Shown piece after piece: positions 28,277 to 37,688 of a stretch of DNA of 64,000 bases (the first letter of the stretch is position 1; the number at the start of each line of letters is the position of its first letter). A program made the position numbers and the translations under genes. The stretch spans positions 46,835 to 110,834 of the forward strand of contig NZ_CANTJS010000003.1 of NCBI RefSeq assembly GCF_947654275.1, in the 5' to 3' direction. A model generated the notes under the pieces. The model searched no databases and had not been told where the DNA came from. It saw only the letters and a list, made by a program, of their open reading frames with translations. Origin of the DNA: an uncultured Oscillibacter sp. (GTDB taxonomy: Bacteria > Bacillota > Clostridia > Oscillospirales > Oscillospiraceae).

Positions 28277-30022
28277 TCAGGGCTTCTGGCGGAGGCCCCG
28301 CCAATAGGCGGCCCGGGCCGGGTCCCTGGGCACCCCCGGACGGCCGTTTTCCAGACAGTCAATCAGCCTGGCCCTGGCCTCCTGGACGCCCTGCTCCGCC
28401 GCCTGCTCATACCAGTAAAAGGCTTCCTTCCAGTCCTGGGAAACGCCGTCCCCCCGGGCATAGCACTTCCCCAGCCGGTACTGGGCCCAGCCGTATCCCT
28501 GCCGGGCGGCCTTGCCGAACCAGCTGGCCGCCAGCGTCAGGGACTGCTCCACGCCCTCGCCTCTGTAGTAGCGCTGGGCCAGATTGTACTGTGCCTGCGC
28601 GTTTCCGTTTTCCGCCGCCCTGCGGTACCAGACGGCGGCCAGACGCCAATCCTGGGAGACGCCCCGGCCCTTGGCATAGCAGACGCCCAGCTCCTTCTGG
28701 GCCGCGGCGTAATTCTGTTCCGCCGCCTGGGCATACAGCCGGAAGGCCTGGGCCCAGTCCCGGTTCACGCCTCTGCCGTAGGCATAGCAGAGACCCAGAC
28801 TGTGCTGGGCGGCGGCGTTTCCGCCCTCCGCCGCCTGGGCGTACAGGGCGGCGGCCCGGGTCCAGTCCTGGGGGACCTCCCTGCCCTGGGCATAGAGGGT
28901 TCCCAGACGGTACTGGGACTGCGGTTCCCCCAGCTCCGCCCGGCGGGCCAGCAGCTCGAACAGGTTCTCCGTTCCGCCTTTTTCCTCGCTCCGGAATTCG
29001 CCCACGCCCAGCCGAAGCAGGGCTTCGTAATAAGAGGTGATCCGGCTGTAAATCAGCCGGCCGGCAGCGCCGCTCAGACCGTCCCAGCAGTCATTCCGGC
29101 AGTATTGCTCCAGCTCTTTTCGGAACAGCTTGCCCCCGGCCACGCTCTCGCCCCGTCCGCCGTATTCACCGATGTCCCGGCTTACCCACTCCGCCAGCTG
29201 GTCCGCCGGAATATTGGGCTCGTGGCTGCGGACGGAGATTTTGGCGTATTTCGGCAGGAGGCAATAGGAGATGCACACGTCCACGGACTGCACGCCCATC
29301 ATCATATCGCTGATGACGCCCAGCAGATTGGGGTCGCAGGAGGGCGCTTCCGCCACCGCGAAGCGGTATTCGGCGCTGTAGTGGGGGTTGGACAGCGCCT
29401 GACCGCAGATAATCAGGTCGTCCAGAGAGAGGTTGGAGGATTTCAGCTGGTCGAAAATGGTCCGGTCGAACTCCAGGGCGTTTTTCATCTCCAGATCCAC
29501 GGGGTGGCTCAGGTCCTGGAAATAGACGGTGTCCATGTACAGCCCGAAGTACAGCGCCGTGGAGAGCTCCCTGGTCAGGGAGGCGCAGCCCGCCTCCCGC
29601 AGCAGGTCCCATACAATGGTGCAGCAGGCGTTATAGTCCCGGATTTCCCACAGCGGTGTCTGCCGCGCCGGGTCGAAGACCTTGTGATGGTCAATCACCG
29701 CCGTCTGCTTCGCCTCCAGGGCGGCGACGTTGCTGTTCCCCGGCTGGCAGTCCACGGTAATCAGCAGCTCCGGGGCTTTGGGGGCCCGCCTGGATTTTCT
29801 GAATTCCGGCAGGTAGTTCAGATGAATCCGGCACAGGTCGCACATCAGTTTTACGTCGGGCTTGGAAATGGGCCGGTCCCCTCCGTATACAAGGTGGGGA
29901 TGCTTCCCCCGGCTGTCCAGGAATTCCCAAAGAGCAAAGCCGCTGGCAATGGCGTCCGCGTCCGGGTTGTCATGGCACTGGATTATAATTTCATCATAGT
30001 TCAGCAGATCCGCCAGCTTCAA
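28277..30022 (-). CDS. DHH/DHHA1 phosphoesterase fused to Sel1-like repeats
   Basis: TTG start; HDNPDAD, TVD, IDHH, YMDT and GGRGESVAGG; five full and one degenerate AQxxLGxxYxxGxGV repeats. Confidence 0.85.
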   Translation of the reverse strand: MKLADLLNYDEIIIQCHDNPDADAIASGFALWEFLDSRGKHPHLVYGGDRPISKPDVKLMCDLCRIHLNYLPEFRKSRRAPKAPELLITVDCQPGNSNVAALEAKQTAVIDHHKVFDPARQTPLWEIRDYNACCTIVWDLLREAGCASLTRELSTALYFGLYMDTVYFQDLSHPVDLEMKNALEFDRTIFDQLKSSNLSLDDLIICGQALSNPHYSAEYRFAVAEAPSCDPNLLGVISDMMMGVQSVDVCISYCLLPKYAKISVRSHEPNIPADQLAEWVSRDIGEYGGRGESVAGGKLFRKELEQYCRNDCWDGLSGAAGRLIYSRITSYYEALLRLGVGEFRSEEKGGTENLFELLARRAELGEPQSQYRLGTLYAQGREVPQDWTRAAALYAQAAEGGNAAAQHSLGLCYAYGRGVNRDWAQAFRLYAQAAEQNYAAAQKELGVCYAKGRGVSQDWRLAAVWYRRAAENGNAQAQYNLAQRYYRGEGVEQSLTLAASWFGKAARQGYGWAQYRLGKCYARGDGVSQDWKEAFYWYEQAAEQGVQEARARLIDCLENGRPGVPRDPARAAYWRGLRQKP

Positions 30023-30393
30023 TTCAAAACGTCCCCTTTCGCGGTCTCCGCCCCCAGGTCCCCGGCCTTCCGAACCCGGCCGTCGGGCGAAAATGATACC
30101 CATTTTATCAGCCGCCGCAGAGGGTGTCAAGTCCGCAAACGCCCCGGGGCGCGTCCTTTTATCCGTTTCAGCAGAAGGCGGGACCCGGGGGCCGGTCCGT
30201 CTTCCCGGGGACGGGGTTTCCGGGCCACCGCCGGCTTCGGATACGGGAGTTCGGGGGCTTGGCGCGTTGGTGTGGAAGAGGGCTTCCAGAAAAGGGAATG
30301 CCCAAAGCTCTGTACAGACGCCTGTTTTCGTGGTATAATCAATTCAATTTTGTTTGAAACGCCTTACCGCCGTCTTGGAACAGGAGAAATGCC

Positions 30394-31362
30394 ATGGCCG
30401 ACTCCAACAATTCATCCCCCAGACCGCCCCGCCGCCGGTTCCGCACCGCGGCGGTGCTGCTGCTGGCTATGGTCTGCGTCGTCGGGGCGGAGCTGCTGGC
30501 CTGCCGGGCTATGGAACCGGAGCTGTACGAGGAGGTCACCGCGCCGGTCCGCCGGGGGGCCGCCGCCGCCGCTCTGGCGGGGGGCGCGGTCTGGGACTGG
30601 GCCTGTGAGGCCGGGGAAGCCCTGTGGACAGGGGTCCGGGAGACCGGGGAGACCCTGCGGCTGAAGCTGGAGGAGCTGAACCGCCCCCCCGAGCCCCAGC
30701 CGGAGGAGGAGGCCCTCTCCACGCAGCTGGAGCAGCCGGACATCGCCCCGCCCTATTCCATGCTGGACCCCCTCATCAGCGACCTGGAGGCCCGGGAGGA
30801 CGGCTTGGAATACCTCACCGGCGGCGGCGTGGACGTGGTTTACTTCAACCAGACCGACGAGGCCCGGTCCGGCCAGAAATACGGCAGCGACCCCCTCAGC
30901 AGCCACGGCTGCGGCCCCACCGCCATGGCCATGGCGGTGTCCACCCTGACGGAGACAACCGTGGACCCGGAGGACATGGCCAGGCTCTGCGTCAAGCGGG
31001 GCTACTGGTGCAGAAGCCACGGTTCCTATCTCTCCATCGTTCAGGGCGTGGCGGAGGCTTACGGCCTGATCTGCGAGCCCCTGGACCCGGCGCTGCTGGA
31101 TGAGGACGCCCTCTATGCCCGCCTGGCCGGGGGGGACCTGGCGGTGGCGCTGATGACCGACGGCCACTTTACCAGGGGGGGCCACTTCATCCTCCTCCGG
31201 GGCGTGACCCTGGGGGGTGAGATTCTGGTGGCGGACCCCGCCAGCCGGGAACGGAGCCTGATTCCCTGGGATTTGTCCCTCATTCTGGAGGAGCTGTCCC
31301 CCAGCCGGACCAACGGCGCGCCGCTGTGGATTCTGTCCAGAGCCGGCGAAGTCCACGAATAG
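30394..31362 (+). CDS. membrane-anchored C39-like cysteine peptidase
   Basis: N-terminal TM; GCGPT (Cys), GHFILL (His), VADP (Asp). Confidence 0.85.
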   Translation: MADSNNSSPRPPRRRFRTAAVLLLAMVCVVGAELLACRAMEPELYEEVTAPVRRGAAAAALAGGAVWDWACEAGEALWTGVRETGETLRLKLEELNRPPEPQPEEEALSTQLEQPDIAPPYSMLDPLISDLEAREDGLEYLTGGGVDVVYFNQTDEARSGQKYGSDPLSSHGCGPTAMAMAVSTLTETTVDPEDMARLCVKRGYWCRSHGSYLSIVQGVAEAYGLICEPLDPALLDEDALYARLAGGDLAVALMTDGHFTRGGHFILLRGVTLGGEILVADPASRERSLIPWDLSLILEELSPSRTNGAPLWILSRAGEVHE

Positions 31363-31420
31363 ATGCAGAAGCCAAAACGCCCTTCCATACTATTGTATGG
31401 AAGGGCGTTTCTGTCTCTGT

Positions 31421-33760
31421 TCACTTCAGCAGCTTTTTGAGCCTTGCCTTGACCTCCGGCGAGAGGACCCTTGAGGCCGCCCGCACCGGCAGGGGAGGCA
31501 GGGCGCAGTAGTCCCGCAGAACCTTTTCAAAGGGCTCCAGGGCATAGGCGGCGAAAAAGGCGCAGCGGTCGGCGGGCTGGGCGATGGGGGAGGCCAAACG
31601 GGGATTCCCGGCGATGGCCCGCTCCACAGGGAAGGGCTTCCGGCCCAGAGGGAGACGGTCGAACATATGGCTGCCCTGGGCGGTGTTCACCAGCAGGAGG
31701 CTGACGCCCCAGACCTGCTGCTCCGGCAGCTCGCCGGGGGCCAGCCCCCAGAAATCCCCCAGGGTGAAGTCCCCGGGCCGGTTCAGGCCGGCATAGGGAC
31801 AGCGGTAGCAGCAGGGCCGCAGGAACAGCGCCCGGCCGAAGGCCCGGCCATACTCCGTGCTGAACAGGGGACGGCTGTCCACGCCGCCGCCCTCAAAGAC
31901 AGCGGTAAAGTGGCTGTTTTTCCAGCCCTCCACCTTGTTGCGGAAGCGCACGGTCTGAAGGTCCCGGCCCTTCCGCGCCTCGATCAGCCGGGCCATGTCC
32001 TCCCACACGCCGGGGGAGGGGACCCCCTGGCAGACCAGGTCGCAGGTGATGAGGTTTTCCGGCCGGCGGCCCAAATAGCGGTAGAGCCCGTCCACCTGGC
32101 AGGGGGTTCCGGAAAACAGGACGGGCCGGGTTTCCAGGCACTTTTTGACTTCCCGGAAGATGTCTCCCAGGTCGCTTTGAACATACTTGGCCCCCCGGAG
32201 ACGCCAGAGGTCCTCCTTCCGGAAGCAGGCGATGTGGTGCAGGTGCTGCTTCCCGTCCAGGGCCGCGCCGAACACCACGCCGCCGCCCTCCAGTACGTCC
32301 TCCGCCAGGGCGGAGAACACGCCGCCGGAGGTGGAGTCCCGCCGGATTTCGCCGTCCCTGTTCCAGGCGGCAAAGGCCGCGGGAAGGGACCGGTCTTCGG
32401 GGGCGGCCGGATGCAGGGCGGGGCAGACGGCGGTGCAGAGGCCGCAGTCCACGCACTTTGACGGGTCCACCCTGGGCCGGGAAAAGCCCTCCCGGTCCCG
32501 GACCATAGAGATGGCGTCCCGGGGGCAGATGGCCTGACAGGCGGTGCAGCCGGTGCAGCTGCCCTCTCCCGCCAGCTTGTCCGCCTCCGCCGCCGGACGC
32601 TTTTTCTGAGACGGTTCTTCTCCCCGGGACTCCGTGCCCTGGCAGTCCCCCTCCGGCGGCGCATTTTCCAGCGCGGCCTTCAGATAGGCCAGGGAATCCC
32701 GCCGGGCGGCCTCCAGCCGGACGTTTGCGCCGTCCCAGCCGACGGGCTCCAGAAGACCGGCGGTGCTTCCCCGGCCCACAATCCGGTCCGTCAGACCCAG
32801 CCGGTCCAGCAGGCTGAAGGTCCGGGAGCGCTCCGGCTCCGCCAGCTCCGAGGGGGAGAGGCTGGCGAAGAAGGGCTTTTGAAACTGGATGGAAAATACC
32901 GTGCCGTGGAAGGAGTTGGTGCAGACGTAAGACGCCCCGCGGAACCAGTCCAGGAACTCCGCCGGACCGGCGTCCAGCACCAGCCGGGCCCTGGGGTGCG
33001 CCTTCCTCCGGGCTCCGCAGAGCTGCACCACCGGCAGCCCTGTCACCGCCGCCAGCTGCCGGAGATAGGGGGTCAGGGCCCCAGGGGCGCTGACGCAGTA
33101 GCAGAGGATATAGCCGCCGTCCTTCCGGCGGACCCGCTCCGCCATGGCGGACCACTGGTCCGCCGTCAGCAGCAGGGTGGGGTCCAGCACCACCGGAACC
33201 TTCCGCCCCGTCAGGTCCCGGATGATATCCCGGCCCTGGGCCTCACGGGCGGAGAGATGGGTGAAGGCAGAGAGATAGGTCCGCAGCTCCTCTTCCATCT
33301 CCGGGGGAATCCGGGGCAGGCCGAAGGAAGGGGCGTAAGCAATCTTCCGGCAGCCGGAGAAGGCCCCGAAGAATACGGGGTCAAAGCGCCGGTCCGGAAA
33401 AATCAGGGGGTTCCAGATCTGGTCGCTGCCGGAGAGGATGACGTCATAGGGCAGGTCCGCCTCCCGCAGCTCCTCCAGACTTTGGAAGCGGCGGGGACTG
33501 ATGCGGAGGTGGGCCCGGGAAAAGGCCTCGAACCGCCGCCAGCGGTCCCGCAGCGCCCGGTAATGCAGGGCGGTATGGGCGTCTGACGCCGCCGCGGCAG
33601 GCCGGACGGGGGGGCGGAAGAGCCGGTTGTCCTGGTTGACAAAATAATCGACAATCTCACAGCTGCCCCCCAGGGCCTCCACGGCCCTCTGGGTCGCCGC
33701 CGCCTGGAGCAGCGCCCCGTAGTGATGAATATGGTAAAAGGTGACAAGTCCCGCGTTCAA
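31421..33760 (-). CDS. polysaccharide pyruvyl transferase fused to 2x[4Fe-4S] and an F420 hydrogenase/dehydrogenase beta-like domain
   Basis: N-terminal HYGALLQ, SGSDQIWNP, SFHG; CTGCTACQAICP and CVDCGLCTAVCP; STSGGVF, GAKYVQS, GTPCQ, GDFWG. Confidence 0.88.
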   Translation of the reverse strand: MNAGLVTFYHIHHYGALLQAAATQRAVEALGGSCEIVDYFVNQDNRLFRPPVRPAAAASDAHTALHYRALRDRWRRFEAFSRAHLRISPRRFQSLEELREADLPYDVILSGSDQIWNPLIFPDRRFDPVFFGAFSGCRKIAYAPSFGLPRIPPEMEEELRTYLSAFTHLSAREAQGRDIIRDLTGRKVPVVLDPTLLLTADQWSAMAERVRRKDGGYILCYCVSAPGALTPYLRQLAAVTGLPVVQLCGARRKAHPRARLVLDAGPAEFLDWFRGASYVCTNSFHGTVFSIQFQKPFFASLSPSELAEPERSRTFSLLDRLGLTDRIVGRGSTAGLLEPVGWDGANVRLEAARRDSLAYLKAALENAPPEGDCQGTESRGEEPSQKKRPAAEADKLAGEGSCTGCTACQAICPRDAISMVRDREGFSRPRVDPSKCVDCGLCTAVCPALHPAAPEDRSLPAAFAAWNRDGEIRRDSTSGGVFSALAEDVLEGGGVVFGAALDGKQHLHHIACFRKEDLWRLRGAKYVQSDLGDIFREVKKCLETRPVLFSGTPCQVDGLYRYLGRRPENLITCDLVCQGVPSPGVWEDMARLIEARKGRDLQTVRFRNKVEGWKNSHFTAVFEGGGVDSRPLFSTEYGRAFGRALFLRPCCYRCPYAGLNRPGDFTLGDFWGLAPGELPEQQVWGVSLLLVNTAQGSHMFDRLPLGRKPFPVERAIAGNPRLASPIAQPADRCAFFAAYALEPFEKVLRDYCALPPLPVRAASRVLSPEVKARLKKLLK

Positions 33761-33831
33761 AGAAGCCCCTTCCTTTCTCCCGGTGTCCGGGCCCCGCCGG
33801 GTCTCCGGCGGAATCTATGCGCTGACAGGGC

Positions 33832-34308
33832 TCAGCCGCCCGCGGCGTCGTCCTCGGCAATCCAGTCGGAGACCATCACCACGTCAAACTCCGTTCTGGT
33901 CCGCCGGATGACCACCCGGGCCAGCCCCGCGTTGATGACCATTCTCCGGCACATGGCGCAGGAGGTGGCGTCCCCCAGCAGCTCGCCGGTCTGGGCGTCC
34001 CGGCCCACCAGGTACAGCGTTCCGCCGGCCATGTCCCGGCGGGAGGCGGAGATGATGGCGTTGGCCTCGGCGTGGACGCTGCGGCAGAGCTCGTAGCGCT
34101 GGCCTCTGGGCACCTGGAGCGCCTCCCGGGAGCAGTAGCCCAGCTCTGAGCAGTTGGCCCGGCCCCTGGGGGCCCCGTTGTAGCCGGTGGAGATGATTTC
34201 GTCGTTGGTGACGATGATGGCTCCGTAGACCCGGCGCAGGCAGGTGGCCCGCTCCAGAACGGTTTCGGCAATGTCCAGATAGTAGTTTTCCTTGCTGATG
34301 CGCTCCAT
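33832..34308 (-). CDS. dCMP deaminase (cytidine deaminase superfamily)
   Basis: RATCLRR, STGYNG, HAE, CAMC. Confidence 0.9.
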   Translation of the reverse strand: MERISKENYYLDIAETVLERATCLRRVYGAIIVTNDEIISTGYNGAPRGRANCSELGYCSREALQVPRGQRYELCRSVHAEANAIISASRRDMAGGTLYLVGRDAQTGELLGDATSCAMCRRMVINAGLARVVIRRTRTEFDVVMVSDWIAEDDAAGG

Positions 34309-34661
34309 AGACATCTCTCCTTTTCCGGCTTTTTAGAGTCTGTATTCATAACCGCCGCACGCCGTCCGGCCGGCCCGGAGGGCGGTTTTCTCACGAACTT
34401 CCAATTCCACGCCTTCGCCGGGCCTCCGGCTTGTCTATTTTAACACAGAAACGGCGGTTTGGCAAGAAAAAGGGCGGCAGGATGCCTTCCAAAAAACGGG
34501 ACCTGCCAGGCGCGCCGCCGGCTTTGCGAAAAGGGGTTGAACCGGCTTTGTGTGGGTGCTATGATGGCAGTGACAGAGCGGTGTTCATCAAGGCCGAAGC
34601 TCAGCCGCCGCTTAAACCTTCCTTTCGTTTAAGACAGCAGAACCCATGCGGGAGAAAAAAG

Positions 34662-35138
34662 ATGTTGTATTACGTTGAATTCGGGCTGAGCCATCGCGAA
34701 GTTCCCGACGAAAGATCACTCTGCATTTATATATCCGGCTGCCGGAATCACTGCGAAAACTGTCATTACCCGGAACTGCAAAGGCCAGATTACGGTTATC
34801 CATTGTTAGAAAATTACCGGAAAATGCTGGATTTGTACTGGAGAGCGGCATCCTGCGTGTGCTTTTTAGGGGAGGGGCGGGGTACGCTTTCGGAGCGCAA
34901 GGAATTGGTGCTGTACTCCGCCTACGCGCATACGAGGGGCTTAAAGACCTGCCTGTATTCCGGAAGAGATACATTTATTGAAGAATGGATGGAAACATTT
35001 GATTACATTAAAACAGGAAGCTACCGGCCTGAGCTGGGGCCTTTAAGCAGCCCCCGAACCAATCAGCGGATGTATCGGAAATCCGGCGGTGTGTACATCA
35101 ACGTGACAGAGGAATTCCAGCCCGGTCCGGATTTTTAA
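34662..35138 (+). CDS. NrdG-like radical-SAM activase for anaerobic ribonucleotide reductase
   Basis: EVPDERSLCIYISGCRNHCENCH (CxxxCxxC), FLGEG, YIKTGSY; promoter TTGAAC-N17-TATGAT; lower GC than its neighbours. Confidence 0.8.
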   Translation: MLYYVEFGLSHREVPDERSLCIYISGCRNHCENCHYPELQRPDYGYPLLENYRKMLDLYWRAASCVCFLGEGRGTLSERKELVLYSAYAHTRGLKTCLYSGRDTFIEEWMETFDYIKTGSYRPELGPLSSPRTNQRMYRKSGGVYINVTEEFQPGPDF

Positions 35139-35287
35139 AGACTCCGGCAATCAGAGAGCACCGCAATATTCAGTCTGTCAGGGCTTTATTTGCGCGGAGG
35201 AAGCAGAATCCTCTCTTGAAACCGGCAAAGCCGGCAAAAATGAAAAAACAAAAAAGCAAAAAAGGCAGAAAAACCTTCCAAACCCCA

Positions 35288-35492
35288 TTGACAAGCCCGA
35301 TTTTCGCTGATATACTAGGGAAGCCGCTTTGAATGGGTTTGTAAAAGTGCGTGCTCCGGCAGGAGTGCAGGAGTGCAGGAGTGCAGGAGTGCAGGAGTGC
35401 AGGAGTGCAGGAATGCAGGAATGCAGGAATGCAGGAATGCAGGAAAACGCCGCCCCCGACAGCGAGCCCGTAATGAAGGAGTTGAAACGCAA
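35288..35492 (+). promoter_or_regulatory. rplU promoter and leader (position of the L21 leader)
   Basis: TTGACA-N17-TATACT at 35288-35316; GCCGC...GCGAGCCC segments resemble Firmicute L21 leaders. Confidence 0.6.
35359..35446 (+). repeat. 8-bp tandem repeat, 11 units
   Basis: (GCAGGAGT)x6 (GCAGGAAT)x4 GCAGGAAA. Confidence 0.97.
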
Positions 35493-35804
35493 ATGAACGC
35501 AATCATCGTAACCGGCGGCAAGCAGTACAAGGTGGCCGAGGGCGACGTGGTTTTCATCGAGAAGCTGCCCAACGAGGCCGGCGACACCGTGAAGTTTGAC
35601 CAGGTCCTGGCCATTCTGGACGGCGAGAAGGCCACCTTTGGCGCTCCCACTGTGGCCGGCGCCTCCGTGGAGGCCAAAATTGTCAAAAACGGCAAGGGCA
35701 AGAAAATCCGCATCTTCAAGTATAACCCTAAAAAGGGCTACCGCAAGCGTCAGGGCCACCGTCAGCCCTACACCAAGGTTGAAATCGGCAAGATTTCCGT
35801 CTGA
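35493..35804 (+). CDS. rplU: 50S ribosomal protein L21
   Basis: [12 protein letters not shown]...[10 protein letters not shown]. Confidence 0.98.
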   Translation: MNAIIVTGGKQYKVAEGDVVFIEKLPNEAGDTVKFDQVLAILDGEKATFGAPTVAGASVEAKIVKNGKGKKIRIFKYNPKKGYRKRQGHRQPYTKVEIGKISV

Positions 35805-35806
35805 GC

Positions 35807-36139
35807 ATGACCAGCGTCACATTCCACACGGAACAGGGCCGGATCACCGGCTTTGACGCCGAGGGCCACAGCGGCTGGGATGACGCGGGGAAGGATCTTC
35901 TCTGCGCGTCCATCGGCGCGGCCGTCACCCTGGTAGAGGCCACCGTCAACGACGTGCTGGGCCTTGCGGCGGCGGTGAAGGTGGACGAAGCCCGGGCGTT
36001 GATTTCCCTGCGTCTGCCCGGCGGGCTGGATGCGGCGGCGGAGAGCACCTGCCAGTCTCTTCTGACAGGGCTGATGCTCTATTTCACCATGCTCCACGAC
36101 GAGTATCCCGAAAACATTGAAGTTCTGGAGGCGGACTGA
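35807..36139 (+). CDS. prp: ribosomal-processing cysteine protease Prp (YsxB)
   Basis: GHSG...DLLCASI catalytic His/Cys; located between rplU and rpmA. Confidence 0.92.
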   Translation: MTSVTFHTEQGRITGFDAEGHSGWDDAGKDLLCASIGAAVTLVEATVNDVLGLAAAVKVDEARALISLRLPGGLDAAAESTCQSLLTGLMLYFTMLHDEYPENIEVLEAD

Positions 36140-36189
36140 AGGGTCCTCCTCTCCATCTGAAAATCTCTCAAGAAAGGATGGTTCCTGAC

Positions 36190-36471
36190 ATGATTCACAT
36201 TGGATTACAGTTCTTCGCCCACAAGAAGGGCGGCGGCTCCACCAAGAACGGCCGGGACTCCAAGGCCAAGCGCCTGGGACCCAAGCGGGCTGACGGTCAG
36301 TTTGTTCTGGCCGGCAACATCCTGGTCCGCCAGCGCGGCACCCACATTCACCCCGGCGTGAACGTGGGCCGCGGCAGCGACGACACCCTCTTTGCCACCG
36401 CCAGCGGCACGGTCCGTTTTGAGCGGCTGGGCAAGGACCGCAAGCAGGTCTCTGTTTACGAGGCTGAGTGA
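36190..36471 (+). CDS. rpmA: 50S ribosomal protein L27 with a Prp-cleaved N-terminal extension
   Basis: [24 protein letters not shown]. Confidence 0.98.
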   Translation: MIHIGLQFFAHKKGGGSTKNGRDSKAKRLGPKRADGQFVLAGNILVRQRGTHIHPGVNVGRGSDDTLFATASGTVRFERLGKDRKQVSVYEAE

Positions 36472-36537
36472 GCATTTTTATGAGACGAGGTCCGGACGCA
36501 GGTCCGGACCTCTTTCTGTTCGGGGAGGCGGTTTGAA

Positions 36538-36969
36538 ATGCTGTATCTGATCTGGCCCATCGCCATAATTGTGGCGTCTAATACGCTATACAATATCTGT
36601 ACCAAGGCCATTCCCGGTCAGGCCAATCCCTTCGCGTCCCTCTGCGTCACCTACCTGGCGGCCGCCGGGGTGTCGCTGACGCTGTTCCTCCTGACCAGCC
36701 CCGAGAGGAACCTTCCGGCGGCGCTGGGTCAGTTGAACTGGGCGTCTCTGATACTGGGCGGCGCAATAACCGGCCTTGAATTCGGCTATGTGGCCGCTTA
36801 CAGGGCGGGCTGGCCAGTGTCCCTGTGTTCTCTGACCGCGAATATCATTCTCGCCTGCGTGCTGCTTCTGGTGGGCGTGGCCGTGTATCAGGAGACCGTC
36901 ACCCTCCGGCAGGCGGCCGGTATGGCCGTCTGCGGGCTGGGGCTGTTTCTCATCAGCAGCCGTGGTTGA
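36538..36969 (+). CDS. EamA/DMT family small transporter
   Basis: 143 aa, about 5 TM, GLEFGYVAAYRAGW. Confidence 0.8.
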   Translation: MLYLIWPIAIIVASNTLYNICTKAIPGQANPFASLCVTYLAAAGVSLTLFLLTSPERNLPAALGQLNWASLILGGAITGLEFGYVAAYRAGWPVSLCSLTANIILACVLLLVGVAVYQETVTLRQAAGMAVCGLGLFLISSRG

Positions 36970-37017
36970 CGAATCTCCCCCGGTCCTGTACAATAGCGGG
37001 AGAAAGGGGCGGTTTTT

Positions 37018-37293
37018 ATGGCGGGCTATATGACCTACTGGTCCAGGGAACATATCCGGCGCCTGGAGCGGGCCGGGGACGGCGGGCCCCTGTCCGTTGT
37101 CTACGGCGGTCCTCACACGGCGATGCCGTCCATCGCCAGCCTGAAGGCGGGGGACGTGATTTATCCCGTGACCGTCCGGGACGGAACCCTGTGCGTCATG
37201 GCCCGGATGGGGGTGGAGACCGTGGAACCGGCCCTGGATTACCTCATGCGGGAGGTGGGGCGGCCCGCCGCAGGCGGGGGGCGGTTGACGAAT
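37018..37293 (+). pseudogene. probable 5' gene fragment with its own promoter
   Basis: TTGACG-N17-TACAAT promoter. The first ~85 codons look protein-like (YWSREHIRRL...YGGPHTAMPSI...VIYPV), then the frame runs antisense to the next gene. Bounded by an 11-bp direct repeat. Confidence 0.5.
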
Positions 37294-37333
37294 GGCCTGT
37301 TCCTCTCTTTTCGCTGCCGCCGCACTGGCCGTT

Positions 37334-37588
37334 TTACAGGCGGCCCAACGCGATACCCATGGAGAGGGCACAGCAAAAGGACGCTTCATCCTCTAAATGC
37401 GCGATCTCTTCGTTCTGTGACAAAAGCGCGTCCAGCCGTTCACCCTGCTCCGCTGTCAGCGTGGACCGGAATGCCTCCCAGCTTTCCTCTGTCTCGGAGA
37501 CGGCCCGCCGGTATTCCGGCGTCTGGAGGCGGCGGAAAACCTGGTTTTCCTGGGCATAGAAGTATAGCGTATGAAGAAGAGCTTCCAT
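37334..37588 (-). CDS. small helical hypothetical protein (DUF6809-like)
   Basis: 84 aa ending EASFCCALSMGIALG; consensus promoter TTGACA-N17-TATAAT at 37671-37643. Confidence 0.7.
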   Translation of the reverse strand: MEALLHTLYFYAQENQVFRRLQTPEYRRAVSETEESWEAFRSTLTAEQGERLDALLSQNEEIAHLEDEASFCCALSMGIALGRL

Positions 37589-37688
37589 AAAATCAGCCGG
37601 CTTTCTATTTGGGGTTTTCCGTTTGGACTAATCCGTAAAGACATTATACCCGGGCCAAGTCGGTCTGTCAATAGGTGAGGGAGAAACT

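Noticed and set aside
35373-35492. N-terminal extension of L21 (MQECRSAGV...)
   Set aside because: It is a translation of the octamer repeat; the RBS and conserved L21 start are at 35493.
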